The notes under the pieces: model-generated
Told to the model about the DNA's origin: nothing
The model's database searches: none
The model's input: the letters and a program-made list of their open reading frames with translations, nothing else
Assembly: GCA_963719645.1 (NCBI GenBank)
Contig: CAVRCT010000001.1
Span: forward strand, 509,644-573,643
Reading direction: 5' to 3'
Source of the DNA: an uncultured Gammaproteobacteria bacterium
Lineage (GTDB): Bacteria; Pseudomonadota; Gammaproteobacteria; DSM-16500
DNA: 64,000 bases
In this document: positions 15,851 through 25,617 of the stretch, in pieces
Position numbering within the stretch: position 1 is the first letter of the stretch
Layout of the letters: every line of letters begins with the position of its first letter
Position numbers and translations under genes: made by a program

Positions 15851-17141
15851 CCCCTATAAAAAAGTCGACCGAATTGAAGTTTTTCTTTGGGGAAAATTTG
15901 TGGGCGCCCTCGCCCTTGATCCAACATTAAATTACTACGTATTTGCCTACGATAAACAATTTGCTAAAAGCGGTATTGAACTTTCTCCTTTGCATATGCC
16001 ACTCAACGAAACAGAGCAACCCTATGTTTTTACCGATTTACCAGAAGCAACTTACAAACGACTGCCCGCGATGCTAGCCGATGCATTACCCGATGATTTT
16101 GGTAATGCAATCATCAATCGCTATATGGCAGAGAAAGGTATTTCTCTCACGCAAGTCACACAATTAGATCGACTGGCTTACATGAGCAAACGCGCGATGG
16201 GCGCACTTGAATTCAAGCCCGGACGCGGCCCCAAAACACAAAAACCCTCTGTTTTAAAGATGGGTAGTCTTGTAACTGAAGCAAGAAAAATGCTAACAGG
16301 AAATATCCAAGATGATGATCAAACTGACGCAGCCTTAAGAAGCATTATCGAAGTCGGAACATCAGCAGGCGGTGCACGCGCAAAAGCAGTCATTGCCTGG
16401 AATCCTGAGACAAAAGAAATACGCTCTGGGCAAGTCGACACAGAAGAAGGCTTTGAACATTGGCTGTTAAAATTTGACGGCATGGGAGTTGATCGGGAAC
16501 TGGGTTCAACCCAAGATTATGGACGAATCGAATATGCCTATTATTTGATGGCTATCGAAGCAGGCATCACCATGATGCCCTCCAGTTTGTTGATAGAAAA
16601 TGGCCGCGCACATTTCATGACGAAGCGATTTGACCGCGAAAAATCGACGATTAAACATCATATTCAAACTTTGTGCGCGCTAAATCATTTGGACTACAAA
16701 AAAAAATCCACCCATAGTTATGAACAATTATTTATGACGATTCATCAATTATCACTCGGCCACGCAACCCATGTTGAAGCATTTCGGCGCATGGTCTTTA
16801 ATGTGATGGCACGAAATTGCGATGACCACACGAAAAATTTTTCTTTCCTCTTACAACAAGGGGGGCATTGGCAATTCGCACCGGCTTACGATGTAACGTT
16901 TGCGCACAATCCGAATGGAGAATGGACAAGTCAGCATTTAATGTCAGCAAATGGAAAATTTAAAAATTTTACCCTGAATGATATGCTAACAGTTGCAGAT
17001 CGTTTCGGTGTGGGTGAAGCACTGCCTGTCATAGCAAACATAAAAAAAATTATTCAAGCATGGCCTATTTTTGCTAAAAAAGCTGGCGTGACGCAAAAAG
17101 AAATAAACCGTATTGGAAAATTGCATCTTATATTGAAATAA
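15828..17141 (+). CDS. hipA: HipA-family serine/threonine kinase toxin (type II TA)
   Basis: 437 aa. N-terminal coupling domain (IEVFLWGKFVGALALD), LDRLAYMSKRAMGALEF, GTSAGGARAKAV, catalytic NCDDHTKNFSFLL. Confidence 0.93.
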   Translation: MKKTKKPDPYKKVDRIEVFLWGKFVGALALDPTLNYYVFAYDKQFAKSGIELSPLHMPLNETEQPYVFTDLPEATYKRLPAMLADALPDDFGNAIINRYMAEKGISLTQVTQLDRLAYMSKRAMGALEFKPGRGPKTQKPSVLKMGSLVTEARKMLTGNIQDDDQTDAALRSIIEVGTSAGGARAKAVIAWNPETKEIRSGQVDTEEGFEHWLLKFDGMGVDRELGSTQDYGRIEYAYYLMAIEAGITMMPSSLLIENGRAHFMTKRFDREKSTIKHHIQTLCALNHLDYKKKSTHSYEQLFMTIHQLSLGHATHVEAFRRMVFNVMARNCDDHTKNFSFLLQQGGHWQFAPAYDVTFAHNPNGEWTSQHLMSANGKFKNFTLNDMLTVADRFGVGEALPVIANIKKIIQAWPIFAKKAGVTQKEINRIGKLHLILK

Positions 17142-17254
17142 ATCTTAATTCATTCATGCCGTTAGAAAATTTTTTAACTATCCGAAAAGAGTTAAGGTGG
17201 AGTTAAGATTTTATCAGTAAAATAGCTTCTTTCGCCTTAATGAGAGAATAACAA

Positions 17255-20110
17255 ATGTTTGGAAAAAGCCCTTCTAGTGATGCAAAACGTGGTGATGCAA
17301 ATCGTGGTGATGCAAAACAAAATGACGCAAAACGTGATAATGCACCCGTTGTGTTAGCTCAAGAACGTAAATTTGAACCATTAAGGCTGCCTAAATGGCC
17401 ATCGAGTAGGGGTGCGGATAATCCTTTTTATCTGCAAGCATTAGATCACCTCGAAAATGAAATCACGAAAAAAATTGCAATAAAACCTCTTGTAAAGATA
17501 GTGATAAACTATGTTATTTATTGCGATGAGCCTGCTGCCCGCTCCTATGCCTGGACGGCATTTCCTGGGGAAGATTACAGTATAGTGCCGTGGTTTAACT
17601 TATTGGATGGTAATTCCAATATACATTGCACTATAGATCAGCTTGTTGCGTACCGATTTCCAGGTCAAATAGCTGTCAATGCGATTGTCGATGAAGGAAG
17701 GAATATGGTTCAGTTGGACGTTGTACCGAATACTCCACAAAAAAGAGTATTGGATAATACAGTCAATCTTCATGTGTATGCGGATAGTAATCTGCCTCTT
17801 TTTTTGGCAATGGATAGTCCGCATATCTTTAAACGTGTTGAAAACATCAATGAATTAATTATGTATCATCCCTTCAGTGAGTTTTACGGTCACGTGATGG
17901 CAGCTCCGAACCACAAAAAAATTGGCGGCGCAGGGATGACATCATTTGCATCTTTCATAGCGCACTGTGAGGAAAGCCTCATTCGCTTTCCCGATAAATC
18001 TTTATCTATCATTCTCTGCGAACCGAATTTTTCAGCACAAGAGCTTGAACATTTTGAGTCTTATAATAAAAAAATAGGAGCTGCCGTAAAGCGCGCCGGG
18101 TTAAGAATGCTGCAAAATGCGCTAAGCGATGAAAAAGACAAAGCGGCTGTGAGTTGCTACGATGTCTCTAATTCTGGCGAAATTGGCTTAGCCGTCCCGG
18201 TTAATTTTCATGAAGAGGATGACGAAGTTATATTCCACGCAGTCAGTGAAGATGCTGAAAGCGTACTTGCAACTTATGTCGCAAAATTATCCGATGCGAT
18301 GTTACGGGATAAAATTTCTCAAATGCTCACGGATGATCAACGTCAAAGACCAGAAATAATGCTCTTAGCTTGTAATGAGCAGGTTGCAAACAGATATCAC
18401 GTTATTTTGTCAATGGGTAATCCACAGAGCAACACTTATATTGCTCTGCGCGGAATTAAAGATTGGTTTGTTAAATTTTTTGATAGCCAAGTAACTTCAA
18501 ATAAAGTTCCGGTCTCTATCGCTCAGATGCATCCTAATACGGAATCGGAGTGGACGCAGTTGTCTTGCCGTCCTTATTTTGGCACGAATGAACAAAACAC
18601 GATTTCTTTACCAATCATTGCTTCATCGCGAGATAAATCGGTGACCTATCGATTGACAGTAGATTCATTTGCCGTAGAAGTAAATGTGCCTTTGCGGTCT
18701 TTAGTTAAACCCCCTACAGAGCTGCCATTTAATGCCGCTGGATTGACTGCCTTTAACGCAATGAAAAAATGGCTCGTGGAAACAAAAGAGATTTATCCGT
18801 ATCAAGAAGATGGGTTGAGTTTAACTGAACTCGTATCACGGGGAGAAGCACAACAAACAATGCCGCACTATGCTCATTTTGTCAGGCAAGTTGACTGCAT
18901 TTTTTTTATGGCTAAATATCTAAGGAAATTGAACATTGACTCTTTTTATACTTTATTTTTGCTCAATTTTTCCTTATTGACTACCTATGATAGAAACTGT
19001 CCTAGCAAAGAATTTAATAACTTGCTGAAAAATTTTATTGATAACTTTGTGGCTCAGGTGGTCATTCTCAATGAAACTGACCAGTATGTTTTTTTTAAAG
19101 AGAACGAATTGATGCGTATCGTAACAATTGATAAAAAACAAAAAAAAACCTGGTTACATTCTTATGCTATAGATGCTTATAGAAATTTTAGAGAGCAAGC
19201 TGAGAAACAACAGAAAGCCCATGTTGCCAAAGAAGTATTTACTTCTTTTATCACTTATTTTCATAACGCAGCGAAGGCTCCTAAACATCATATTGAAAGT
19301 TTCCTGCGTGAAATTTTTTATCTATTCTATGATAAAAATATGTTCTGTGATAAAAATAATTTCTACTATGATAAAAATAAGTTAGCCAGATCTTTGGTAA
19401 ATTTGCCGAATGAAGTCAGGCCATTTGTTAACGATTTATTGTTGTATCTGGACGCACGCATTAAAGTGAATTACTTTAAACTTTTGCATCGCTGTATTTT
19501 AGAGCGCGGGCATTCAGAGCTGACGAATTTATTAACCAAAATCGTCAAAAAACTTGATGATAAATTTCCCCACTCTGTTGAGAATATTTATCGTGAACTC
19601 CTTGTGACTCTGGAATCAGACATTAAAAATAAAAAAACAAGAATGTGCTACCATCTGGCACAAGCGTGTTTACAGGCGAATGAAGCAGGCAAGAATTCAT
19701 TGGTGCACCTTTTACAAGAAATTTTGCTGGAAGACTTCGGCGTACCCCTAACATTTGATACACCTGTTTCATTGCGAGAATTGCGTGGTGCAGATGATAA
19801 AGCGGATGCGATCAACTTACTCGGGGATTTAGGTGTGCAAGGTTATGAGTTAATGCGTGAGGCAAAAGACAGCAGCTTTGCATCGATTGCTGAGAGATTG
19901 ATTGCTAATGTCCAGCAGCAAAGAGAAGGGTCTAGCTTATTAAATAGAACGAAACACGCAGCAGCGAATTGCGTAGTGGATGTGTTGAGGAAATATGATA
20001 TTCATATTCCAAAGAAATGTGCGACGGGTCAGTTGAAAGTTTATATTTTTGGGGCGCCAGAAGCTAAAGCAGAGGCTGCATCCTCTGTGCGACGAGTAAA
20101 AGTAAACTGA
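17255..20110 (+). CDS. Orphan 951-aa protein, effector-like; N-terminal 15-bp tandem repeats
   Basis: Long ORF. N-terminus AKRGDANRGDAKQNDAKRDNA is encoded by about 4 tandem 15-bp units (17278-17340). No recognisable domain. Confidence 0.7.
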   Translation: MFGKSPSSDAKRGDANRGDAKQNDAKRDNAPVVLAQERKFEPLRLPKWPSSRGADNPFYLQALDHLENEITKKIAIKPLVKIVINYVIYCDEPAARSYAWTAFPGEDYSIVPWFNLLDGNSNIHCTIDQLVAYRFPGQIAVNAIVDEGRNMVQLDVVPNTPQKRVLDNTVNLHVYADSNLPLFLAMDSPHIFKRVENINELIMYHPFSEFYGHVMAAPNHKKIGGAGMTSFASFIAHCEESLIRFPDKSLSIILCEPNFSAQELEHFESYNKKIGAAVKRAGLRMLQNALSDEKDKAAVSCYDVSNSGEIGLAVPVNFHEEDDEVIFHAVSEDAESVLATYVAKLSDAMLRDKISQMLTDDQRQRPEIMLLACNEQVANRYHVILSMGNPQSNTYIALRGIKDWFVKFFDSQVTSNKVPVSIAQMHPNTESEWTQLSCRPYFGTNEQNTISLPIIASSRDKSVTYRLTVDSFAVEVNVPLRSLVKPPTELPFNAAGLTAFNAMKKWLVETKEIYPYQEDGLSLTELVSRGEAQQTMPHYAHFVRQVDCIFFMAKYLRKLNIDSFYTLFLLNFSLLTTYDRNCPSKEFNNLLKNFIDNFVAQVVILNETDQYVFFKENELMRIVTIDKKQKKTWLHSYAIDAYRNFREQAEKQQKAHVAKEVFTSFITYFHNAAKAPKHHIESFLREIFYLFYDKNMFCDKNNFYYDKNKLARSLVNLPNEVRPFVNDLLLYLDARIKVNYFKLLHRCILERGHSELTNLLTKIVKKLDDKFPHSVENIYRELLVTLESDIKNKKTRMCYHLAQACLQANEAGKNSLVHLLQEILLEDFGVPLTFDTPVSLRELRGADDKADAINLLGDLGVQGYELMREAKDSSFASIAERLIANVQQQREGSSLLNRTKHAAANCVVDVLRKYDIHIPKKCATGQLKVYIFGAPEAKAEAASSVRRVKVN

Positions 20111-20160
20111 TTTGTTGCTGGTGTAGCAAGCTGGGGTTTTTGCGCAGCTTCAAAGCGCAG

Positions 20161-20277
20161 GGTGCAATCGGAGCTGTTGCGTAATTCACGGTGTCAATTC
20201 AGTGTCGTGCCAGCGTGCTTTTACTGGCACGACACTGAATTGGCACCGTGAATTACGCAACAACGCCGGTTGCACCC
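20161..20277. repeat. 117-bp long-stem palindrome
   Basis: GGTGCAATCGGAGCTGTTGCGTAATTCACGGTGTCAATTCAGTGTCGTGCCAG-CGTGCTTTTA-CTGGCACGACACTGAATTGGCACCGTGAATTACGCAACAACGCCGGTTGCACC, between convergent-free gene ends (terminator-like position after 17255..20110). Confidence 0.85.
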
Positions 20278-20465
20278 AGGTTACATACTAAGAAAATTTT
20301 ACTTAGATCGTTTTTCCCGTTCATTCGCATTCTGAATTGATAGAGGCGTAAATAGAATCGCCGGTGATCGCTCCCTGACGGTCGCGGCTCAGTTGTCTTT
20401 TTCTTAAGGTTTTATTAAGGATACATCGGTAGAATGGCAGCAACAAATTATACGTCGAGAAAATC

Positions 20466-23400
20466 ATGTCATTAGATCGCGTCAATCCTGCGGATTCAAA
20501 ACAAATTGACTCTAAAAATCTTATACCACTCTGTTCGCTTAGCCATCAACCGATTCGCAAGGTGGGTATGACGTCATGCCAGTGTGTTTTTGAGCTTGAA
20601 GTCATTCAACAATGGTTCTCTAAAGGAGGAAAAACATGCCCTTCTTGTAAGAAAAACATTCCAACCATCACGGTCCCAAACCCCAAATTACAAGAAACCA
20701 TTGACTCCATTGTCAAGTTAAACTCAATTCATCAAGCAGCCGTGTTGCAACATGAAACGATAATTGCTGACTTAAAACGACAAAATCAGGAATTAGCAGC
20801 CGATGTAAAACAGCAAGTAGAAGAGTTAGCTAAAACGAATTCTCTGTTAGAAATCTTGCGCTCCCATGAGGGGCCCAACGTATCTTTATCAAAAACAGCC
20901 AAACAAATTGCTAAAGCAGCTCAAATTGAAAATGCCCGTTTTCAAGAAATTAAAAAAGGCATGCCTTATTTCATTGCCTGGCATTGCTGTCATATAATCT
21001 TGTTAACCTATGACAATAAACATCGAGCAATACTGCGACAACTATGGGTTGCCAGAAAAAAATATCGCACTGATCAAGCAGCTTTTCAAGCTAACATGGT
21101 AAGCTTAGTCGAGGCGATTGATGCAATCAAGATAAGTGAAGTAAAAGATGAAAAACAAAGCCCATTTAAACAAGTAAAACAATGTCAGCAAACTTTTCGT
21201 CAGGTCATCAAAAATCGACAACGTGAAATGCACGATTTAAAACATGTATTTGATCATCTAAAAGAAGATATTCGACATTTGCATGCTATGTTGCGATCAT
21301 TAAGTAACAAGAGTGAATATCATCTTCAAAACATAGCAAAATTAGAACTGGAATTGGCTCGTTCATTGAGAAAGGCCCAAACAGTATTTACAGATTCTTT
21401 AGTTTTTCCTCAGACAGCATCCCACGATATTGGAGAACCCTTTGATGCCGAATTGGAACAAAAAATGCCGGACAATCTTCAAGACGCTCTTGCTCAATTA
21501 GAAAAAAGTCGACTTGAGCAATCGTCGCTTAAAAATAAGCTGAACAAAGCAAAACTCAAGTTTGGCATCTTTCTTGTCGATCTAGCGCAACGCCTAAATG
21601 CTGTTACTGATTCAACATCTACCACTAGCACATCATCTCTTATCCCCGAGGAAGACAAAACACCCTCCGAATTAAAACAACCCGTTCACGAAGTAAAAGA
21701 ATCAAAAAGCTCTGTCGTGCCAGCTGAAAAACAAGCAGCTTTTGTAAAAGCAATCACTGATAGCAAAATGGCAAACCGTTTTGATGTGATTAGTCAACTT
21801 GTTAGAGAATTTCCTTCATTATTAGAAATGCAGCTATTTTCAGGATTTAGTCAAGGTGCGCTTTTGACATCGCTTTTTACATCGATATGTGATCGAGACG
21901 CAAATTTAGTTAAATTATTATTAGAGTTGGGTGCTGATCCAAATCAAACCTATACAACTATTCACCCTACTGATCCTTCTAAAAATACATCAAAAAACAC
22001 TATGTTAATAGGTGTTACTGGCTCACTTATAAATTCTCATTCTGATGATGACCGCACCCAATTTAGAGAAATTTTTAAAATTCTTTTAGCATCTCCTTGC
22101 ATAGAGGTGAATCGTGCAAACGAATACAAAGTCACCGCACTGCATTATGCGGCATCCGATGATAGACAACTCGATCATGTATTCTTATTGCTACAACAAG
22201 GCGCAAATTTGTATCTTAAAGATAACACAGGCCATACTGCTTTAGATTATGCAGGAAAAAATAAACTAGCTATTTTGAAATTCTATCAACTTATACAAGA
22301 AAAAAGAGCTCAAACGATTGTTGACAATGAAAAAATGTTTCACGCCAATCATGAACAATGGCGTCATCTCAAAGTACGTCATACTCAATGGCTGCATGAA
22401 CATGCCGATCATTTAAATCGCTTGCAATTACTGAGAGAACACTTACCTCAACATGATTCAATGTTACGCGCACATCGCAAGGAATTGTTGCAGCGAATCA
22501 ACGGCTGTCGATCTGAACAGGATTTAAATTCTTTAGCATGGGAATTTAAAACATATGAACAAGAGCGACGAGATAATTTACGCATGCAGCAAGATAGGCA
22601 ACAACTCACTGAATTAGTTGATCCCGTACTAAAAGATTATACGAGCAACCAAAAAAAATATGCTGTCCTTCTTCCTGATGGCCTAGACAATCAGAAGCTC
22701 GTGATTCAAAGACGTTGGTTTTTAAATTGGAAAAAAAATAAAGTCACTCTCACGGCAAAAGAATGGTCATTATTATTGAAACCCGCCTCTTGGGAAGAAG
22801 TTGCAAAAATAGTTGTTAATTTGCCACTTGACAGAAAACATCTGACTGCTTTGTTATTAAAAAACTATCAACATGAAAATTTATTGGGAAACGATCCAGC
22901 AGGCTTAAAGCTGTTATTTCATTACTATACTCGAATCATTCATGATATAGAATTTCGTCAATTATTTCGCTTGATTGGAGATGCCTTTGAATTACTGCCC
23001 TCTCAATATAAACTGAGAATAGCCGTCATTTATCAACAATTAATTATTTTAAGCAATATGAATCAATCACTGGAAGTGCGCATTGATTGCATCAAAGCTT
23101 ATCTTGCCAGTCAATACTTAGATTTACGCGTGGAGAGTAAAAAAAGTGAAAATTCGCCATTGACACATACATTAAATGATATTCTGGTTAAACACTTTAA
23201 TCTAACGTTACCTCGCATTTTTGATACCCCTATTACTGCACGCATGCCTCATCAATCTTTTGCTGAAAGGCAAGAGGAATGTCGGAATTTAAGGCAAGCT
23301 CTCGTTAAAATTTATGATAAAGAAGTTCCAAGCCAAAATACAGAGGAAAAATCAATACTTGATTTAGTTAAAAATTCTTTTGATCAGTTAGTCGAATTTG

Positions 23401-23606
23401 CTATTCAAAAAATTAAGCAGCATAAAGAAGAAATGACAAGATTAGGATTTTTTGAAAAGAAACCGTTCCGCAATAAAATTAATGCGCTTAAAAAAATATT
23501 AAGAGAAGTAGATGTCTATATCCCAGATTCGTTGATGGATTATACAAAACGAAGCCATGATGTATGGTCATCCAATTTACCCCCGGCTTATAGAAGTCGG
23601 CCTTAA
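20466..23606 (+). CDS. U-box/RING-like + coiled-coil + ankyrin-repeat protein (eukaryote-like E3-ligase-type effector candidate)
   Basis: 1046 aa. Residues ~18-70 LIPLCSLSHQPIRKVGMTSCQCVFELEVIQQWFSKGGKTCPSCKKNI follow the U-box pattern (C.L....I......C.H.FE...I..W......CP.C). ANK repeats: DANLVKLLLELGADPNQ and TALHYAASDDRQLDHVFLLLQQGANLYLKDNTGHTALDYAGKN. Confidence 0.75.
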   Translation: MSLDRVNPADSKQIDSKNLIPLCSLSHQPIRKVGMTSCQCVFELEVIQQWFSKGGKTCPSCKKNIPTITVPNPKLQETIDSIVKLNSIHQAAVLQHETIIADLKRQNQELAADVKQQVEELAKTNSLLEILRSHEGPNVSLSKTAKQIAKAAQIENARFQEIKKGMPYFIAWHCCHIILLTYDNKHRAILRQLWVARKKYRTDQAAFQANMVSLVEAIDAIKISEVKDEKQSPFKQVKQCQQTFRQVIKNRQREMHDLKHVFDHLKEDIRHLHAMLRSLSNKSEYHLQNIAKLELELARSLRKAQTVFTDSLVFPQTASHDIGEPFDAELEQKMPDNLQDALAQLEKSRLEQSSLKNKLNKAKLKFGIFLVDLAQRLNAVTDSTSTTSTSSLIPEEDKTPSELKQPVHEVKESKSSVVPAEKQAAFVKAITDSKMANRFDVISQLVREFPSLLEMQLFSGFSQGALLTSLFTSICDRDANLVKLLLELGADPNQTYTTIHPTDPSKNTSKNTMLIGVTGSLINSHSDDDRTQFREIFKILLASPCIEVNRANEYKVTALHYAASDDRQLDHVFLLLQQGANLYLKDNTGHTALDYAGKNKLAILKFYQLIQEKRAQTIVDNEKMFHANHEQWRHLKVRHTQWLHEHADHLNRLQLLREHLPQHDSMLRAHRKELLQRINGCRSEQDLNSLAWEFKTYEQERRDNLRMQQDRQQLTELVDPVLKDYTSNQKKYAVLLPDGLDNQKLVIQRRWFLNWKKNKVTLTAKEWSLLLKPASWEEVAKIVVNLPLDRKHLTALLLKNYQHENLLGNDPAGLKLLFHYYTRIIHDIEFRQLFRLIGDAFELLPSQYKLRIAVIYQQLIILSNMNQSLEVRIDCIKAYLASQYLDLRVESKKSENSPLTHTLNDILVKHFNLTLPRIFDTPITARMPHQSFAERQEECRNLRQALVKIYDKEVPSQNTEEKSILDLVKNSFDQLVEFAIQKIKQHKEEMTRLGFFEKKPFRNKINALKKILREVDVYIPDSLMDYTKRSHDVWSSNLPPAYRSRP

Positions 23607-23720
23607 TCTCTCTTTTTCAGATCGCTTAGGATCATGTACTGATGCATCGACACGAATTTAATTTAACACTCTGATTAAAATGCTCTCCCTCCTGCAAAGA
23701 TATCTTCACAAGCCACCCAT

Positions 23721-23756
23721 GTGTCGTCCCGCGCTAAAAGCCGCGCGGGACGACAC
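23721..23756. repeat. Family C hairpin
   Basis: GTGTCGTCCCGCGC-TAAAAGCC-GCGCGGGACGACAC. Near-identical copy at about 13248-13284. Followed by TATAAAGCAGCGAGATGCTTAG, also seen at 6933-6954. Confidence 0.85.
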
Positions 23757-23856
23757 ACACTATAAAGCAGCGAGATGCTTAGAAATATAGTTAGCAAAGC
23801 CTCAGAAATTTGCGCGATTTTTAAAAATGCATCCTGAGATAAGTCTATATCTAAAA

Positions 23857-23937
23857 TTGACGGGGGAAAAATTAAATTTGCTCGAACAGAAAATTGATGT
23901 TGCCATCCGCCTTACCCATACACCACCACTCAATTAA
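23857..23937 (+). pseudogene. LysR-family regulator internal fragment
   Basis: Own translation LTGEKLNLLEQKIDVAIRLTHTPPLN* resembles the substrate-binding-domain segment (...DVAIR...) of LysR regulators. No start and no HTH. Confidence 0.35.
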
Positions 23938-24085
23938 TCGCGTTTACTGGAAATAATAAGCCTAAACGTAAACAACTATCCAATCTTGTCGACTAATTTC
24001 ATCTCTAAAAATGCCAAATCTGATTTATAATATCATCACATCCAGTAAGATTTATCCAAATTATACTCAAGACGATGAATTGTTA

Positions 24086-25327
24086 TTATCGTCTAACAAC
24101 TAATCCCCAATTTTGATCCCATATCTTTTGAGCTTGATGATTACCAGCTAGTTTTGCAACATCAAGTTCACTTTGAAATTCCTTCAGAGATGGACCAAAA
24201 ATTGAAAAAGGTATGACACTAACACATAGGTTATCATCACTTAATGTAGTCTTTGTATTGCCTAGACTAGAGATGATCAACTCTAATCTATCTATCCTAT
24301 GTAATTCTTCATCATCTATCTCTTCAGCTAATCTACCATATGATTTTTCGCCACCTATCATTTCAAATAGTGATTTCTGTGTAACAGTAATGCAATTTAC
24401 TTTAGGCAAATGCGACAATGATTCAGGAGATAATATGGCTTTTGCTAAATTCTGATATTGAGCTTCTAATTTTCGATAAAAATTAGCGAATTCTCCTAAT
24501 GCTATCTTTTTACCAACAATATCTAATTCTAATTTATAATCGACAACATCATCTATTCTTAAACCGTTTATCATTTTATAAATTTGGTCTAAAAGAATAA
24601 TGGTTTTTGTAGCTGTTAAGATTTCACCACCTGGTTTATATTGATAAGATTCGGGAGCACCTTTTGGTGCTTCTTCAAGATGCATCAATTCATGATAGGC
24701 AACGACATGAGGCGGTAAAAAACCGTCATATTTTTCATTATGAATCCCGTTGTCCGCTTCTACTGCAACATGCAGTCTCCATGTATTAAATTCATTTTCC
24801 AAATCAGACAACCATGTTTTATTGCTCTCTTCTCCTGGATATCCCGACTTTTTCCACGATACGCAGTTTTCTTCTGTTACACCATAGGTTTTATATTTTT
24901 CAATATAATCAAGAAAAATTTGTCTTGCAAATTTATTAGCTGCGTCACGTTGGTGATTAGGAATGATATATAAATATCTTGACTGGTAAATAGCTTTTTC
25001 AAAATTATGCAGGACATAATAGTCTGGCAAATTCATTGCTGTAATAATGTCGGTTAATTCCTCAGAACGTGTACCTACCACGGGACTCTGACGGGAGTGA
25101 AAACCTGGTGTATTAAGATAATTTAATTTTCTTTCGAGAGTTTGCTGGTGTTGTATATCTTTATGTTCGGCATTATTCATTTGAGGTTTAAATTCTACTA
25201 AAGCTGAATTTAAAATCCTAACAGGGGTAATACCAATGTTAACGATGCTTAAATTTTTTATTTTCACAAAAATTACTCCGATAATATCAGAAAAGGGGTC
25301 AGGTACTGAGCATATCGTTACCCACAA
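24086..25327 (-). CDS. Orphan protein with HExxH zinc-metalloprotease-like motif
   Basis: 413-aa track ORF. VVAYHELMHLEE (HELMH encoded at 24680-24694). The first ~20 codons lie in the flanking repeat, so the true start is probably the GTG at 25267 (GGAG 8 nt upstream) or M50. Confidence 0.6.
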   Translation of the reverse strand: MWVTICSVPDPFSDIIGVIFVKIKNLSIVNIGITPVRILNSALVEFKPQMNNAEHKDIQHQQTLERKLNYLNTPGFHSRQSPVVGTRSEELTDIITAMNLPDYYVLHNFEKAIYQSRYLYIIPNHQRDAANKFARQIFLDYIEKYKTYGVTEENCVSWKKSGYPGEESNKTWLSDLENEFNTWRLHVAVEADNGIHNEKYDGFLPPHVVAYHELMHLEEAPKGAPESYQYKPGGEILTATKTIILLDQIYKMINGLRIDDVVDYKLELDIVGKKIALGEFANFYRKLEAQYQNLAKAILSPESLSHLPKVNCITVTQKSLFEMIGGEKSYGRLAEEIDDEELHRIDRLELIISSLGNTKTTLSDDNLCVSVIPFSIFGPSLKEFQSELDVAKLAGNHQAQKIWDQNWGLVVRR

Positions 25328-25447
25328 GTCTAAAAAGCCCTACGGCTCCAGCTTAAAAGTAGGCTGTCGTCCCGGAATTTACTGGCGCTTAATGAGCGCA
25401 TTTTGCGAATTTAGCGCCAGTTAATGTCCGGGATCCATTTTGCTTAG
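25311..25447. repeat. Family A1 unit with extended left flank
   Basis: CATATCGTTACCCACAAGTCTAAAAAGCCCTACGGCTCCAGCTTAAAAGTAGGCTGTCGTCCCGGAATTTACTGGCGCTTAATGAGCGCATTTTGCGAATTTAGCGCCAGTTAATGTCCGGGATCCATTTTGCTTAG. The same flank occurs at both ends of the 27344-27651 composite. Confidence 0.85.
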
Positions 25448-25466
25448 GAACTGTGGGATACGCGAC

Positions 25467-25617
25467 CCCTTTACTTTTACATAGGTATCTACACAGCTAT
25501 ACATAAGTAGAAAAAAGTGTTTTTTTGGTAGGGTGGCACGATGCAAAAAGCGCGTCGTGCCACCCTACAAATTTTCAAAAAAACACTTGTGTAGATACCT
25601 ATGTTACTTTTATAGGG
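25467..25617. repeat. 150-bp three-level nested palindrome
   Basis: Outer arms CCCTTTACTTTTACATAGGTATCTACACA / TGTGTAGATACCTATGTTACTTTTATAGGG. Middle AAGTGTTTTTTT / AAAAAAACACTT. Core GGTAGGGTGGCACGA...TCGTGCCACCCTAC. The right arm contains the last codons and stop of 25610..26950. Confidence 0.85.

Noticed and set aside
17278-17340. Four tandem 15-bp repeats near the 5' end of 17255..20110, considered as a regulatory repeat.
   Set aside because: They are in frame and translated as GDA(K/N)(R/Q) pentapeptides within the ORF. Recorded as a coding repeat only.
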